Shown here: positions 33,930 to 47,400 of the stretch, in pieces
Position numbering within the stretch: position 1 is the stretch's first letter
How the letters are laid out: each line of letters starts with the position of its first letter
Assembly (NCBI GenBank): GCA_013265495.1
Contig: MU057809.1
Span: 62,001 to 126,000, forward strand
Length of the DNA: 64,000 nucleotides
Source: Vicugna vicugna
Lineage: Eukaryota
Reading direction: 5' to 3'
Notes under the pieces: model-generated
What the model saw: the letters and a program-made list of their open reading frames with translations, nothing else
What the model was told of the DNA's origin: nothing
Databases searched by the model: none
Translations under genes and position numbers: made by a program

Positions 33930-36240
33930 CTTCTTTTTATTGTGGTGGAACACACGACATAGAATTTGTGTTTTTTGCCTGTGTAGGTCGTTGGCCTTAC
34001 GTACATTCTTGGTGCTTCACAACCGTCGCTACCATCCAGTTGCAGAGGGTTTTTTATCACCTTAAATGGAAACTGGTACTTGTTAGCAGTCAACTCCATA
34101 GTCCACTGCTCCCAGCCTCTGGCAGCCACTAATCTCCTTTCTGTTTCTAGGAATTTGCCTTTTCTGGATTTTATATGTAAATGGATTCATACAACATGTG
34201 GCCTCTTTTGGCTTCTTCACTGAGCATAATGTGTTTAATGTTCATCTATGTTGTGGCATGTGTCAGAACTTCCATTCTTTGTTACGGCTGGATAATATTT
34301 TATTATATGAATATATCACAATTTGCTTGTCCATTCAACATCAGAGTTTCTATTTTTTGCCTATTATCAGTACTGCTGCTGTGAATATCTGTGTACACAT
34401 TCTTGTTTGAGCATCTGTTTTCATTGTTGGAGTGTATAATCAGGAGTGGAATTGCTGGGTCACGTGGTAACTCTATATTTAACTTACAGAGGAGCCACCA
34501 GACTTTTTTCCACAGTAGCTGCATCATTTTACATTCCCACCAGTGGTGTGCAAGGGCTCCAGTTTCTCCGCGCCCTCTCCAACACTTACTTTCCGTTTTG
34601 CTGTTGTGGCCATCCTAGTGACTGGGAGGCCGTGTCTTGTGTTGCTTTTGATTTGCATTTTTAAATGACTGGTGATGTTGAGCATCTTTTCATGGTCTTT
34701 TGGCCATTTGAATATCTTCTTTGGAGACGTGTCCATTCCAGTCCTTTGCCCGTTTTCTGATTGGGTTTTTTGCCTTTTTGTTGCACTGTAAGAGTGTTTT
34801 GTATTTTCTGAACACTAGACCCTTATCAGATGTGATTTGCATGTACCTTCTTTCGTTCTCTGGGCTGGCTCTTCACTCTGTGATAGTGTCCTTTGAAGCA
34901 CAAAAGGTTTAATTTTGACGAAGCCAGATTTATCGGTATTCTCCTTTGTTGCTTGTGCTTTTGATGTCATCTGAGAAACAGCTGTCAAATCCAGGGTCGT
35001 GAAGATTTACCTCTGTGTTTTATCTAAGGGTTTTATAGCTTTAGCTCTTAGGTTTAGGCCTTTAATCCATTTTGAGTAAATTTTTTTGTGTGGTGTGAGG
35101 TAGGGGTCTAACTTGATCCTTCCGCATGTGGATGTCCGGGTATCCCAGCACCACTTGTTGAAGAGACTGTCCTTTCTGTATTGATTAGTCTTGGTGTCCT
35201 TTCAGAAAATGAGTTGACCTTAAATGTATGGGTTTATTTCTGGACTCTCAATTTTGTCTTGTTAGTTTGTGTGTCTGTCCTCATTTCGTAGTAAATAAGT
35301 TTTGAAATTGGGAAGTGTGAGTCCTCCAAAGTTGTTCTTTTTCAAGATTGTTTTTGGCTGTGTGGTATCCATTGCATTTCCATATGAATTAAAAGGGTTA
35401 GCTTTACTCTGCAAAAAAAAAAAAAAGCCATCGGGATTTTGATAGAGATTGCATTAAATTTACAGCTTGGGTAGGGGAGTATTGCCATGTTAACAATATT
35501 AAATTTTCCAGCATGTGAACGGGGATGATTTCCCATTTATTTATGTCTTCTTTAATTTCTTTCAGCAATGTTTTCAGTGTACCAGTTTTGTACTTTCTTA
35601 GTTAACTTTGTCCTCAGTTTGTTGTTCTTTTTGATGCGATTGTAAGAGGAATTGTTCTTCTTTTTTCCTTGTTTTTCATCGACGTGTGTAGTTGGTTTGT
35701 AGTGTTGTGTCAGTTGGGGTGTACAGCATAATAGTCACTCATATGAGGAATTGTTTTCTTAGTGGCGTTTTTAGATTGTTTGCTGCTACTAAATAGAAAT
35801 ACAACTCATTTTTGTGTGTTGATCTTATATACTGCAACTTTGCCGAGTTTGTTTATTCTAATAATTTTTTGGAATTTTGTAGGATTTTTTAATGTATGGG
35901 ATCATGTTTGTGAATAGAAGTAGTTTTACTTCTTCTTTTCCGGTTTGGATGCCATCTGTTTCTTTCTCTTGCCTAGTGGCTCTGACTAGAGTTCCAGTGC
36001 GGTCTTAAATAGCAGTGGTGAAAGCGATGTCCGTGTCTTCTTGCTGATCTTCGGGGAAGGTGTTCGGTGTTTCACGGTTGACTGTGGTGTTAGCTGTGAG
36101 TTTTAGTAAATGCCCCTTGTCAGGTTGTGGAAGTTCTCTCCTATTCCTAGCTTGCTGAATGTTTTTGTCATGAAAGTGATGGATTTTGACAGGTTTTTCT
36201 CCTGCACCAGTTGAGATGATCACATGGTTTTGCCTAACTG
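33930..36240 (-). mobile_element. L1M (L1MB-like) 3' UTR plus ORF2 3' portion, about 2.3 kb
   Basis: Continuous antisense L1 motifs; minus ORFs resemble the ORF2 C-terminus (IELPRDPAIPLL; NIVNMAILP...FNAISIKIP); a nested short L1 at 35657-35744 has TSD gaggaattgtt. Confidence 0.88.
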
Positions 36241-39200
36241 CTTCTTGAAGAGATTTTGATCATTCGATTTATCCCGTATTTTGGTTCCATTCTACACTCT
36301 CACTTCCAAATACACAGGTGTCACTATCACAAGCCTCTGGGGATTCCACAGTGGAAACTGGGTTATTTCAGTATTCCTCATGCAAGCTTATGGTTAAGCT
36401 TTTTCTAGTCTAAGTCAGTTTTCATTCATCCACCTTACTTTCTAGTTTCCGACTTCCTTGCTACTGTTTTTTTTTAATCCTTTTCAGTGAATGCTGGGCA
36501 CTTCTGGTAGAGGTGGTAACACAGGGTGAAGCCATCTTGCAGCGTTGCAACACCTGGCCTTACCTGAATATTGCACGGTGAGGTGAGAGCTCAGGAATCG
36601 CAGGGCATTTCTTGGCATCCAGTGCTGATTCAGGCTGAGTGGTCCCGAACACATCAGAGTCGAGCACCCACACCGGGGTTTGCAGGACAGGTGGGAACAA
36701 GATAGGGGTGGCACCAGCACAGGTGGTGTCGCTGGGACTGTTTCAGTGGGTGTGGGGCTCGGTGCTGCCTGCAGGGGGGTTGCGGTAATGTTTTGTTGAT
36801 GGTAACCATAGTTTTCTTCCTCTTGCTTTTTAACTTTGGACTCATTGCTAGTATGGACAGCTGACCCTGTTGGGTTCCCACGTGTAGGAGACGAGACTGC
36901 GGAGCTGCGTTTGAAACTGTTTACTTCCTTTGGGCCACAAGGAACTTAGGATGACAGATGGAAAATGCAGACCATGACGTTGCTGTTTGTAACGTGCTGT
37001 TTATTGTAATCACATACTGTAAGTGACTCTGCTTTGTTAAGTGATTTGTGTGATTCGTTAGTTGGTTTTGCAGTTTGAATTTTAATCTGTAATCATGCTG
37101 CTAGTTGGATGCTTTGTTTTTCATTTAGTCTCGTGCGGGCACTTGGTGAATGGTCACTGGCTGTGAATTTTAGTTTAGGAAATAAGGACCGTGTGACAGA
37201 TGGTATTAGACACTTGTGCAGAATAAAAGCGCAGACTTCAGTAGCCTGAAAGTAATCAGGTGTAGATGGGAGGTTCCCGATGGAACCTGAGGGGCTCTCC
37301 CAGGGGCCTGTGTGGCCTGAAGACAAAAAGCGGTGCTTTGCCTTTTGGCCTTGGTCTTCGCTGCTCTGCTCACTTGTCTCATCTGTAATCAGTATTATTG
37401 GAAGGTGGGAGCTATGTCTAGAATACGGAAAACAAGATCAATTTAAAGATTTCTTCCCTAACTGTTTATGCTACAGACAACCTTTTCAGTACTGGGAAGC
37501 ACTCACTTTTAGCCTGGTGCTTCCCATCTGGGAGGGCAGAGCCTTAAAAGGGTGGTGGAGAAATGGTGTGGATTAAGTGTTTATGTTCACAGTAGAAATG
37601 AAGTCCTGGGACTGCTGTTTCTAGTTATCATTCCCAGCTATAGTGGGAAATAAGACAGCTGACCACACTGTTCTGATTAGGTAAGGAAACGTCAGAAGTG
37701 CTTCAGATCCATGAGGAGAAGGGGAGGAGACCAGATGCCCGCGACCCTTCCTGCTCTTCCCGAATCTGTCTGGCATAGGGGGTGCAGTTTTCCATGGTAT
37801 GGTCGGACACGGAGCAGATCAGGGCGAGGGCAGCTCAGGACTGTTTTCAGCTTAATGGCAACACAACATGATAGCAGTGGGTTCTCCCACTTCTCTGGGC
37901 ACCTGCAAGCCGCTCGTTGGTTCTGCAGGGCAGGGTAGCTCCTGCCCTCAGAGAATTCATGGTCTAGGTGGAGAGGAAGGCTCATTAATCAATAAATATT
38001 ACCATTTCTGTTAAGTGGTGAATGCCAGGGAGCAGTACAGTTGGCACCTAACGTGGATATGGGGGCTTGGGGGATCCAGGAGAGCTTCGTGGAGGTGGTA
38101 TCTCAGCCGTATCCTGAGGAAGGGGAGAGGTTATCTGGGAGCGATTGGGGTGGAAAGAGACCGAGGAGTGGGGACTGAGAAGCCAGGAGGGCATCTGAGA
38201 CGAGGAAGGAGCGCAGGAACCGTGTGCCTGTCAGGGTGGCCCCGAGGTGTCGGACGCTTCCAGTGTCGGGGGGAGCCCGGAGTCACCACTGGCCCGGCCA
38301 CTTGGTACCTGAGCTCTTGCCAGGGGAGGTAGCGCTCTTCTAACAGCGCTGGTTGTAAGGAAATTCGGCGTGTTCTAGGTTTGAAGCAAATGATAAAACT
38401 ATGTTGCTGATACTTTCTGTGTTCTACAAAGAAAGGCCCTTTCCCGTGACAGTACATGGTCTGACCTCGGAACACTGATTAACATCACGGAGGGGAAACG
38501 TGGCTCTGACCGAAGCGCTGGCAGGTGAAGCACGCGATAAGGCACCTTCGCGCAGAAGGAGGCATTTGCCCTGAAGCTCAGCTAGTGTGCTTGATGATGG
38601 CTAGTCAGAAGAAGACCCTCCTAGCCTGCTTCTCCTCCTGTTCCATCATTTCCGAAGAGAGGACAGACTCAGGGGATCGTGGCTAGAAACTGTCCGGACA
38701 GAGTTGCTGCTGCTGACAGCTGGGTCTTGTCGAGTGTTTCCGCCTCGTGCCAGGCGGCGCTGGGCAGGCTGGGCGTCTTAACTGACGAAATCCTGTAGCT
38801 GCGCCCGGGGTGGGACCGCGTGTGCCCTGCAGTGGTGCCACAGTTCTTGCAGCAGAGTAAGTGGAGGAGCCAGGGTCGAGGCTGCTTCACAAACGAAGAG
38901 CAGTTTTGTTTTGGAAATAATAATTGCTGGGCTGTTTAAATTATGAGCTAGATTTACTCCTTAAAAACTGCTTTGAGTAGTAACAAAGGGAGTAAGTGAA
39001 AAGTAGGTGTCCCCTTATAATTTACCATTAAGTTTACTGTCATATTTTTCCAGAAATTTAAAAAACATATTCAAGTATATATATAACACGTGTAGCACTC
39101 TATAAAGCCCTTCCAAATATTTTTAGGTTGTAGTCATTTGTTTCTGATTCTCTTGTTTAAATAATTATCATTTTTAAAGATTATCATCGTAAACCATAGC

Positions 39201-42200
39201 TTTTCGTAAATTAACAATGTTTTGCTTCTTTAAAATGAAAAGATATGTGATACCGATTCCAGTTTGTTGTGTTGTAGAAGTAATTCCATTGAACGTGATC
39301 TTTGGAAAACAGTCATTTCTAACCCAATTTATGATTTTTTTTAATCTGTTGAGAAAAATAACTTTTTTAAGTCTCTGCATTATCTAGTTTTAATAGGATT
39401 AAGTCTGAGCAGAGTACTTATGTTAAGATTTAGCACTACTTTTTACGGTGCACTTCTGGATTTTAGTTTCCAGGCTCTTCTCCACGGCACACGTGACGGT
39501 GGAACACCTGATTGCGCAGGGCCTTGCGAAGCCAGCCCTGGGCAATGGAGGAGTGGTGAGGGTGGGGTTCGCCTGCATGTGTGTCGGGGCGGGGGGGGGG
39601 CTTGAGGGACTGCCTGTTGTCAGCCCAGAGTGCCCCTCGGAGATGGAGACGGCACCAGTGGCAGATGGCCATGTCTGGAGCCGTGCCCAGAGCAGGAGGA
39701 GGGCGCTGCCTGTCACTGCCCCCTAGAACTGCTGTTCTTTCTGCAGACGGGCTGCAGGTTCTGTGGTCACTTCTGGGGTGGAGTGCCACTCGGACGGGGC
39801 CGATGAGGCGTCTGTGGGGAAGCTGTGCGGCCGTTTTGGTTCCGGCTCCGGCTCCGGCTCCCATGTCTTCAGTGACTCCCCTGGTTACTAGAAAGCTGGG
39901 TCTGTAACTTGCTTATCTTTGTAAACACAGTGCCTTTGGAGCAAATTCTGATTGTCTTATGCTTGTCTAATGAAAGTGGTTTCCCCTGCATGATACCTTG
40001 TGTTTATGTGGAGAGAAGCAATGCTGCTGGCCGACCTTAAAGTCTGCCTTTTCTAGTTTTTCCTTACCACTGGTAGCATTTCCTAAGAAGATCCCGTGTG
40101 CTGATTTTACTTGAGAACTGTTAGCACTTTTATGCTGTTGCTGTGGTTTTGCCGTTTGCTTCGAGCTGTTTCCAAGCCTTTGTGACTTGTCATCATTGAT
40201 ACTTTCCAGGCGTGTTTTCTAGGTCGTCACAGAATTAGTACAGACTTTCTAAATAGTTGAGATTCAGGTTATATGTGGTGGTGGAGCCAAAATCTGTGTT
40301 TGACCAAAGTATTCGAGAACAAAACCTGAGCTTTGTACTTCATTTCTAGGGCGTGATGGGAATATTACATGTTGTGTGTACGGGGCAAGGTAAAGGGTAT
40401 CAGAGGAGAACCAAGTGTAACTTAAGAAGAATCTTAGCTCTGATTTTAAAACCCTGCTGGGATCTGCATGTCTGTAAAGATGCGTATTTACACTCTTAGG
40501 TTTGAAACCAAAGTTTGCAGCCTAAACAGAAGACCTCTCCTCTTGCCTGTGCTCGCTGGCTCATGTTCTTAGCCACTGGTAAGAGCGGGTGACAGGGAGA
40601 CACTTTGGGTAGTTCTTAGGCAGAGCTTCCTCTTCCACTTGAAGCTGTCACTCTTGGCCTGCCGTCTGCTGAGGTGAGGGCTTTTTCCCCGTTAGGACGG
40701 GCAGCTCAAAATCAAAAGCTGTCCACCCTGAAAAGCACTCTTCTGGAGACAAGGGAAGGTTCTTGAGCACCACAGATCCCCCCATCCCTGTCTGCTGGGC
40801 TGACTGGCCTGGGGGCTCACTGTTGAGCCCCACTCCTTTGTGCAGCCTCCCCCTTCTGTGGTCCAGGGTGCTCAGGAGGAGTGGGGCCCGTGAGGAGGTC
40901 ATACCAGTCGTGACGCCTGGGGAGAGGAGCGGCCTGGAAGGGTCTAGAGAGATGAGGACAGTGGGGCCTGGACAGGGCCTCTCTTTGTAAACACACAGAT
41001 TCTTTCCAGGATTTTCTGATGCCACTGAAAACGTCTTCAGTCCATTTTTCACTCTTTCTCGCCATGCTATTCAGAGTATGAATGCGAACCCGATCTCCCT
41101 TGAGTCACAGGCTGAGGCTGCTTCAGGCCGTGTGGTCAGGAGGAGGCTCTAGGGTTATGTGTGGGCTTTAATTAGCAGTGACGTCAGTGGAGCTGGGGCA
41201 GCATGTTGAAAGTGCTAAGTGCTTGCGTTGGCTGTCAGTAGAACTTAGAACTTGTCTTGAAACTGCACTTCTGTTCGGTGTTCTGATCAGCTTCTGAGAG
41301 AGGCCGGAGCTGGCCTACTAACCTGTCGGCTCCAAGGTGGAGCAGTCAGAGCTCCAGCGGACTTTGTCTTTTATTTAGGTCAGGGGCAAGTGGATCTTCC
41401 ATCTCAGAGATTGTTAAGTCAGAAGGAAAAAAGTTTGTTCCTTAAAAAAAATGTAAATCATTGGCTGTATAAGATTTTCCCTCAAATGATAAATGCTGAC
41501 TTCTGGGTGTTTGTCATGCATCAGGCCCTGCCTACGTGCATCATTTCACTTAACTTTCTTTTACTTTATTTCATTTTATTTTACCCTGTAATTTTATCTA
41601 ATTTTCACACTTATGAAAGGAACTAAAGGTTAATTTTAAACTATTCTGAATCAATATCATAGTCTTTTGAGGGAGAAAGAAAGAGAGCAGGGTCGTCTGA
41701 GGAGAAGGCTGGTGTGGAGACGAACGGCCAAGTGAGTTCTGGTGGGGTGCGCCCCTGCGGGGCCCTGGTCCCCCTCTTTCTGCATCGAGCTGGCCGTGGC
41801 CTCTGCAGCCACTGCTGCTTTGGGGGGTCTTCTTGGACAGGGATTTTCTGGGCTGTGGAGCAAGTCATGGCCAGAATGGCATTTCCCTGGGCCCGGGGTC
41901 TGATTAAGCAGGGACCGATTCTTCATGTAGCTTTATACGCGGGTGTGTTTGACTGGAGAGCAGACATGACACTCACGTGGTCACCGAAGCACAGTCAGAA
42001 TGAGCAGAAAAGAGGGTGTGTAATCACTGCTCTCCTCGCTGTAGTAGCTGCTCGGCTGAGACCCCGGGTCTCCCTCCGCCGCCCTCCCGCCTTTCCCCTG
42101 CGGCTGCGCCGCCCGGGTGCTGAGCTGTGCGCACCCAGGCTGGTGCTCTCGGTGTGCTGCCTTTGGGCCCTACAGTCCGTTTGCAGCTCCTGTCATAACA

Positions 42201-44343
42201 CATTTAACCAAAAACCTGCTGCTGAGTCTGTCACTCAGCTTGCGTCTCTGCTGTCGCCTGTAGGGTTTTCCCTGCCCCTCTGCTGTGGTCTTGGCCTTGA
42301 TAGGAAGTTGGACGGATGGCCAGTAGCTGCACTTCCTTTACGTCAGAAACAAGGAGTTAGATCTCTTTCTAAATTGTGGCATAAGGCCTACATTAGACCC
42401 GACCAGGGTAGGATGACCCGGCTCTGTGTCTCCTTGATGGGAGGCACCAGGTCGGACTGTGTGGGTGTCACTGGTCCTGCACCTCTGATGGCTTTTGAAA
42501 ACACCATTTGTTATGCGTTTGAAATTAACCGGTCTATTTTTCTTAGGTAAAGTGTGAGAACATATTGATGTAACTTTAAAATAAAAAGGCTGTGAGTCCT
42601 GGCGCAGTTCCTCACGGGCCCTCACGGCTCCCTCTACGCCTCTGACCCTTTCAGTGGCCTTGTCAGTAGCGCTGCGCCCCCCACCGCCCACACAGCGTGC
42701 TCTGGGTCTCCATGTCCAGTCACGACGTGTGAATTCATTGCTGCCTGCAGGACTTGGTTTTCTGGCACCTGCCACTCGCTTGTTTATAACACTGTAAACC
42801 GATCCAAGAAATACTCAGCTCACTGAGGACCAACTGAATGCCGGTTGTAGAGGAGTTGGTAGAAATCAGCAGCAGTTAGAACAGCTGGGTTTGAATATCG
42901 GTCAGCAGTGCAGGTATAATGAAACATTAAAGTGAAAGCTCACTTTGGGAATGAAATCAGGAAGTTTGGGTCTCGTTAGCCAGTAGGTAATAGGGAATTT
43001 CAAAAATTGGTTCTCTTGAGGCTGAGGGCAGCAATGGGGCATTGATACTGTTACGGTTGCTTAGTGAGTCGTGGCTAAACCTCAGCGCAGTCAGAGCCAT
43101 TGTTACACTGCTGCCAGGGCGTGGCCCTGGCTGAGCTGGAGGTGGCTGGGCGTAGGGTGCCTGTGCGGGCGGAGACCGCAGGCTGGCTCCGTTCCCTCTT
43201 CTCCGGCTGCGTTCCTCAGTGTCTGTGCGGTGGACCTGCTTAGATTAGGCAGAGTGAGCAGGTACTGGACGGATACATGGGTTAAATCGTCAGATCATTT
43301 TACCTGGAGAAAGAGGTTTAAGTGTATATTAGTAGAATGACTTGCACTTCTCCCTGGGCTGTGGGCCAGGTCCTGAGAAGAGCCGGCGGGTGTGAAATTA
43401 GTGGGCACACACTACAGTTTTTATCTGTGAATGGTGGTCTTTATTTCTGTGGGTACCTAATTTTTAAAAGAATATTTGGACTATTTCAAAGACTGTGGGG
43501 TGAACTTAAGTACTTTTGGCTTTGTTTATAGAAGTCGTTTATACCTAAATGTTTTTTGTCCAGGTAGTCTTTATTTTTACTTTTATCTTTCTTGATTTCT
43601 CAACAACAGACTATGATTCACATTTCTACGAGGGTGTGGTTTTTTGTTTGTGTTTTGTTTTGTTTCTGAGTGTGTGTGACTATTTTTAGCCAGAGGAAAG
43701 TTTGAGTCATTCCAAAGAAGTCTAGATGACAACCTGAAAAACAATATGCTCGACACTTTTTAATTTAAAAATAATCTGTGTTTTCCTCTGGGGAAAAGTA
43801 GAAGTATGCAGTGCTTAAGGTTATCTGTTACTCCCCCTGCGGCTTCTGACTCTGAGAAGCGCCGCCGTCTGGGAAGGTGCGGGAGTGCTTGGGGTCTGGG
43901 GTAAGGGTCAGTTCTGTTGTCCTTAAAGACAGTAAACTTACTTTAGGAGAATGAGAACGTGCGACGCCTTCAGGAATTTGGAACTACATTCTAAAAAGGG
44001 GTCTGAGTGCTTCCGGTATTCTTTGGCAAATGCCCCAGTTTTCATAGTTTTGTGTCAGTCTTGCCGAGGATTTCCCTTGTTGCTTCTGTAGATTTATCGC
44101 TTTAGGGCACTAAGTATAAAAGCCACGTTCCAGACCTGGACCACGAGAAGACTCGTCTCCCTGGCTTAAAAAGCAAAACAGAACAAAGCGAACACCTGCT
44201 CTCCTGGTGGTGTCTGAGCAGGTGTTGGCACTGACATCTTAGGCAGGCAGGGTGTGTGCTGGGCTGACCCAGCGTTGTGTGCTCCACCTCTAACCGCCTG
44301 CATTGCTTTCCCGCCTCCTGCAGTATGAGCTGAGACGGTGACC

Positions 44344-44420
44344 ATGGACTTCTCTCGGCTCCACACGTACGCCCCTCCGCAGTGTGTGCCCGAGAACACC
44401 GGCTACACGTATGCACTCAG
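44344..44420 (+). CDS. SUN1: SUN1 first coding exon (exon starts at 44324)
   Basis: accATGG Kozak; MDFSRLHTYAPPQCVPENTGYTYALS is the SUN1 N-terminus; AG|gtgagc donor. Confidence 0.97.
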
Positions 44421-47400
44421 GTGAGCACGCGTGCGTGTCAGCGCGGACTTGCCTGTGTGTGCTCCTGACTGCCGCGAGTTAGTGGGAGCTTGCTGGTGCT
44501 TGCAGCCACTGTTCTGGGTTGAAAGTGGAAATACCCGTGAATTTGACCAAATGCTGTGGCTTTACAAAACTGCCAAACGGGTGTGGAAATTGTGAGGTGG
44601 TTCTGAAAACTGAACGTTTCTGATGACTCAGTGATGATTCACGCAAGTGAATTACTGTTTTAGGCTCCACCCAGGTGGCTGTGGTCTCAAGAATACATCC
44701 GTGTGGTTAGGGTTAGTGTTAGGGTTTTGTGATTTAGATTAATGGTTGAGTATTTTAAAGTTAGCAGAAATAACCTGGAAAGGACTTGCCTCTGAGTGGA
44801 GGCGCCATGAACAGAATTTCGAGGAAGCCCAAGGTGTAAAGAGCATCACTGCTGTCAGACACGGCTCTGAGTCTCCTGCTCTAATTTATATCCTGAGGAG
44901 GGGGCTGCGGCTGCAGGCTTTGAGCCTCGGGAGTTGTCGACTTGCTCTCTGCCTTTCTCGTCACCAAGTAGGGTGACTGACGTGAAGCTTCAGTGTTACA
45001 AAGTCGTGGGCCAGTATCACAGGAGAAAGCGCGGCCGGGTTGGTGAGTGAGTGCCTGGCTGTTAGAAAACCTTTGCCTCCTGGCAAGACGCTTAGAGCGC
45101 ACAGGGAAAACACTGGTACCTGCTTGATCAGTGGCCTGTCTTCTAAAGGGTAAAAATGTAATTGAAACCTAAAGAAATTTGAAAGGCATTTTAAGAAAGA
45201 AAGTTTTTTTTGGTGGGGAGGTAATTAGGAAGAAAGAAACTTTTCAACAGTGTTGGTCAAATCTTACATTTGATGATTCATTTTTCTTCACAATTTTGGA
45301 CCGTGTTGCACATTCCATAGTAACACACTCTGCTTTTGTTAAAAAGCCCTGTAGTAGTTTAGAACAGAGTGAGTGGGCCAACTCAAGTACAACTATTCCT
45401 TATTCTGTATTGTGGAGCATAAAAAAATTAATGATAATTCTTGGTAATTTACTTTCAGCTTTTGCAACCCATGCGAGATGTAGGTTTTGCTGCGTCTGTC
45501 TGGGCCTCTCGGTGGGAAGGCAGCTGCGTCAGTTTCAGCAGCTCTCTCTGCAGGCGCGCGGGCAGGCTGGGGTGGGGAGATGGGAAGTCGGGGCTGCTCT
45601 GGGAAGCCATACTGTAGTTGAGGGTAGTGGGGAACCAGTGAAGGGTTTTCAGCAAGGAGTAGCGTGCCCAGGTCTGCGCTCAGGTGTCTGCTGTGGTGTG
45701 GAGAACGGGGCGGGTGCTGTTCAGGGATTGTTGGCGGCACATAGGTATGCCACGGTGGGCCCAACCAGGGCAGGGATTCCGGGGGTCAGTTGGGAGTCCT
45801 GTGGAAGCGGGGGTGAGGGAGGAGGCACGGTGACATTCACACTCTGGGTCGGGCAGCCGGATCGAGGCACGAAGAGGGGAGGTTGGGGACTAGGTACCAG
45901 GAGAGCCCATGAGACTTAGAGGCTTAGAAGAGACGTGGCTGCCAGGTCCGGTCTGGTCATCAGCGTGTCCTGATAGGATCCCGAAAGCCCCATAGGGGCT
46001 GGGGCGCTGGGGCCCACAGAGCCCACGGAGACGCAGGAAGCTCGAGGGCTGTGTGCAGTCCGGAGTTCCAGCTGCAGGAGGCCAAGCCTAGAGGTGGGGT
46101 GTTGGGCTGCAGACCAGCGCCTTCATTCTCAGCCGCAGGCCTTGCCCAGCAGTGTCCAGAGACAGACCCGCCCCTGCTCTGTCCTCCTGCGTCTCTACAC
46201 CCTGCCTCTTCTTTGAGGCCTCTCTCTGGCGTCCAGCTCCAGGGGAAGCTTGTCGTCCCGGAGTCTGGGCTTCCCTGTGGCCCTCTCCCTGCAGCCCTCG
46301 GGCCGCCTGGCCCAGCTAAGTGTGTCCTCCTCCCTCCGTTGTCCCCCCAGACCTTCCCCTTACTAATGAACTCCCTGCTTTGAGCCGCTGGTCTCACTGC
46401 TGCCTGGGTGGGCCCCTCGCCCGCGTTTCTGGTCACTCTGCGCCCTGGTTGACCGCCCTGGTCTTCATTCTCAGCAATTCCAGTAAACACGCAGCGGGCC
46501 CTTGAGCAGCCCGGTCCTTCCGTTTCTCTCACTGAAGTGTCTTTGCACTGTGGACAGCGTCACTTGGCGTGGAAGCTTGGAGAATCGTTAAGAGCCCCTC
46601 TGCCTCTCCCGCGGCTTCAGCAGTTTGCAGCACTTGGTCTGCCACACCAGTGGGTTGTTTTGAACCAAGTCTCTGAAGGAGAATGATATTTTTAAGAACA
46701 ACTAGCTAGAATACCAGGTGTCGAGGGCCCGAGGGCTGGGAGTGGTGACGGAAGTGAGGAGTAGAGAGTCTGGGACGGGACCATCACACACTTTGCCGGG
46801 CAGCCAGGCGTGCTGGGCTGGACACAGAGGAGGTGACCTCACCCCAGGAGCTGCCGTCCAGAGCCGCCCAGGAAGAGCAGTTGGGCTCCTCCGCTGAGAA
46901 TGTCCATCCGGCCGCTGGGACCGAAGGCCAGCGGGGCAGGGGAGGGCAGCCGGGGGAGGCTGTGGTGGTCAGTGGAGCAGGGATCCCGGTGAGGCAGGAC
47001 GACTGCGGCCAGAGGTCCCGGAGGATGGGTGGAGGGGGCCTGGTGTGGGTGGTGGAGGCCAGGACGTCAGAGGGCCGGGGCTGGGCTTCTGTGCTCAGAT
47101 CAGTGGTGCTCTGAACCATAGGGGTTTGGTCAGACGCGTAGAACTGTCACTGTGTGTGACTTGCTTGCCCTCACGCCCACTCTCAGTGACCGGGCGACTC
47201 CTCGAATGTGTCCCCGGATCCAGCATCGTCGGCAGCCCAGGCTCCACTTGATGGCTTGTTGCTGCCTGCTGTCCATGTCTGTTTCTGGGTTTCACCTGAG
47301 GCAATTTTTTTTCACTCTTTTAATTAAAAGTGCATGAGATGCAGACAGAGGCTCTGGTCACACTGGAAGGAGCACAGTCAGGTCCGTGCCCCTCCCCATG

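Noticed and set aside
41714..42550. 278-aa ORF in SUN1 intron 1
   Set aside because: Non-ATG start, no homology recognised, no supported splice structure
44705..44726. Telomere-like GGTTAGGGTTAGTGTTAGGGTT
   Set aside because: Only about three degenerate units; more likely part of an ancient interspersed repeat than an interstitial telomere
45179..45919. 246-aa ORF
   Set aside because: Spans a truncated SINE and probable old transposon debris; no coherent protein
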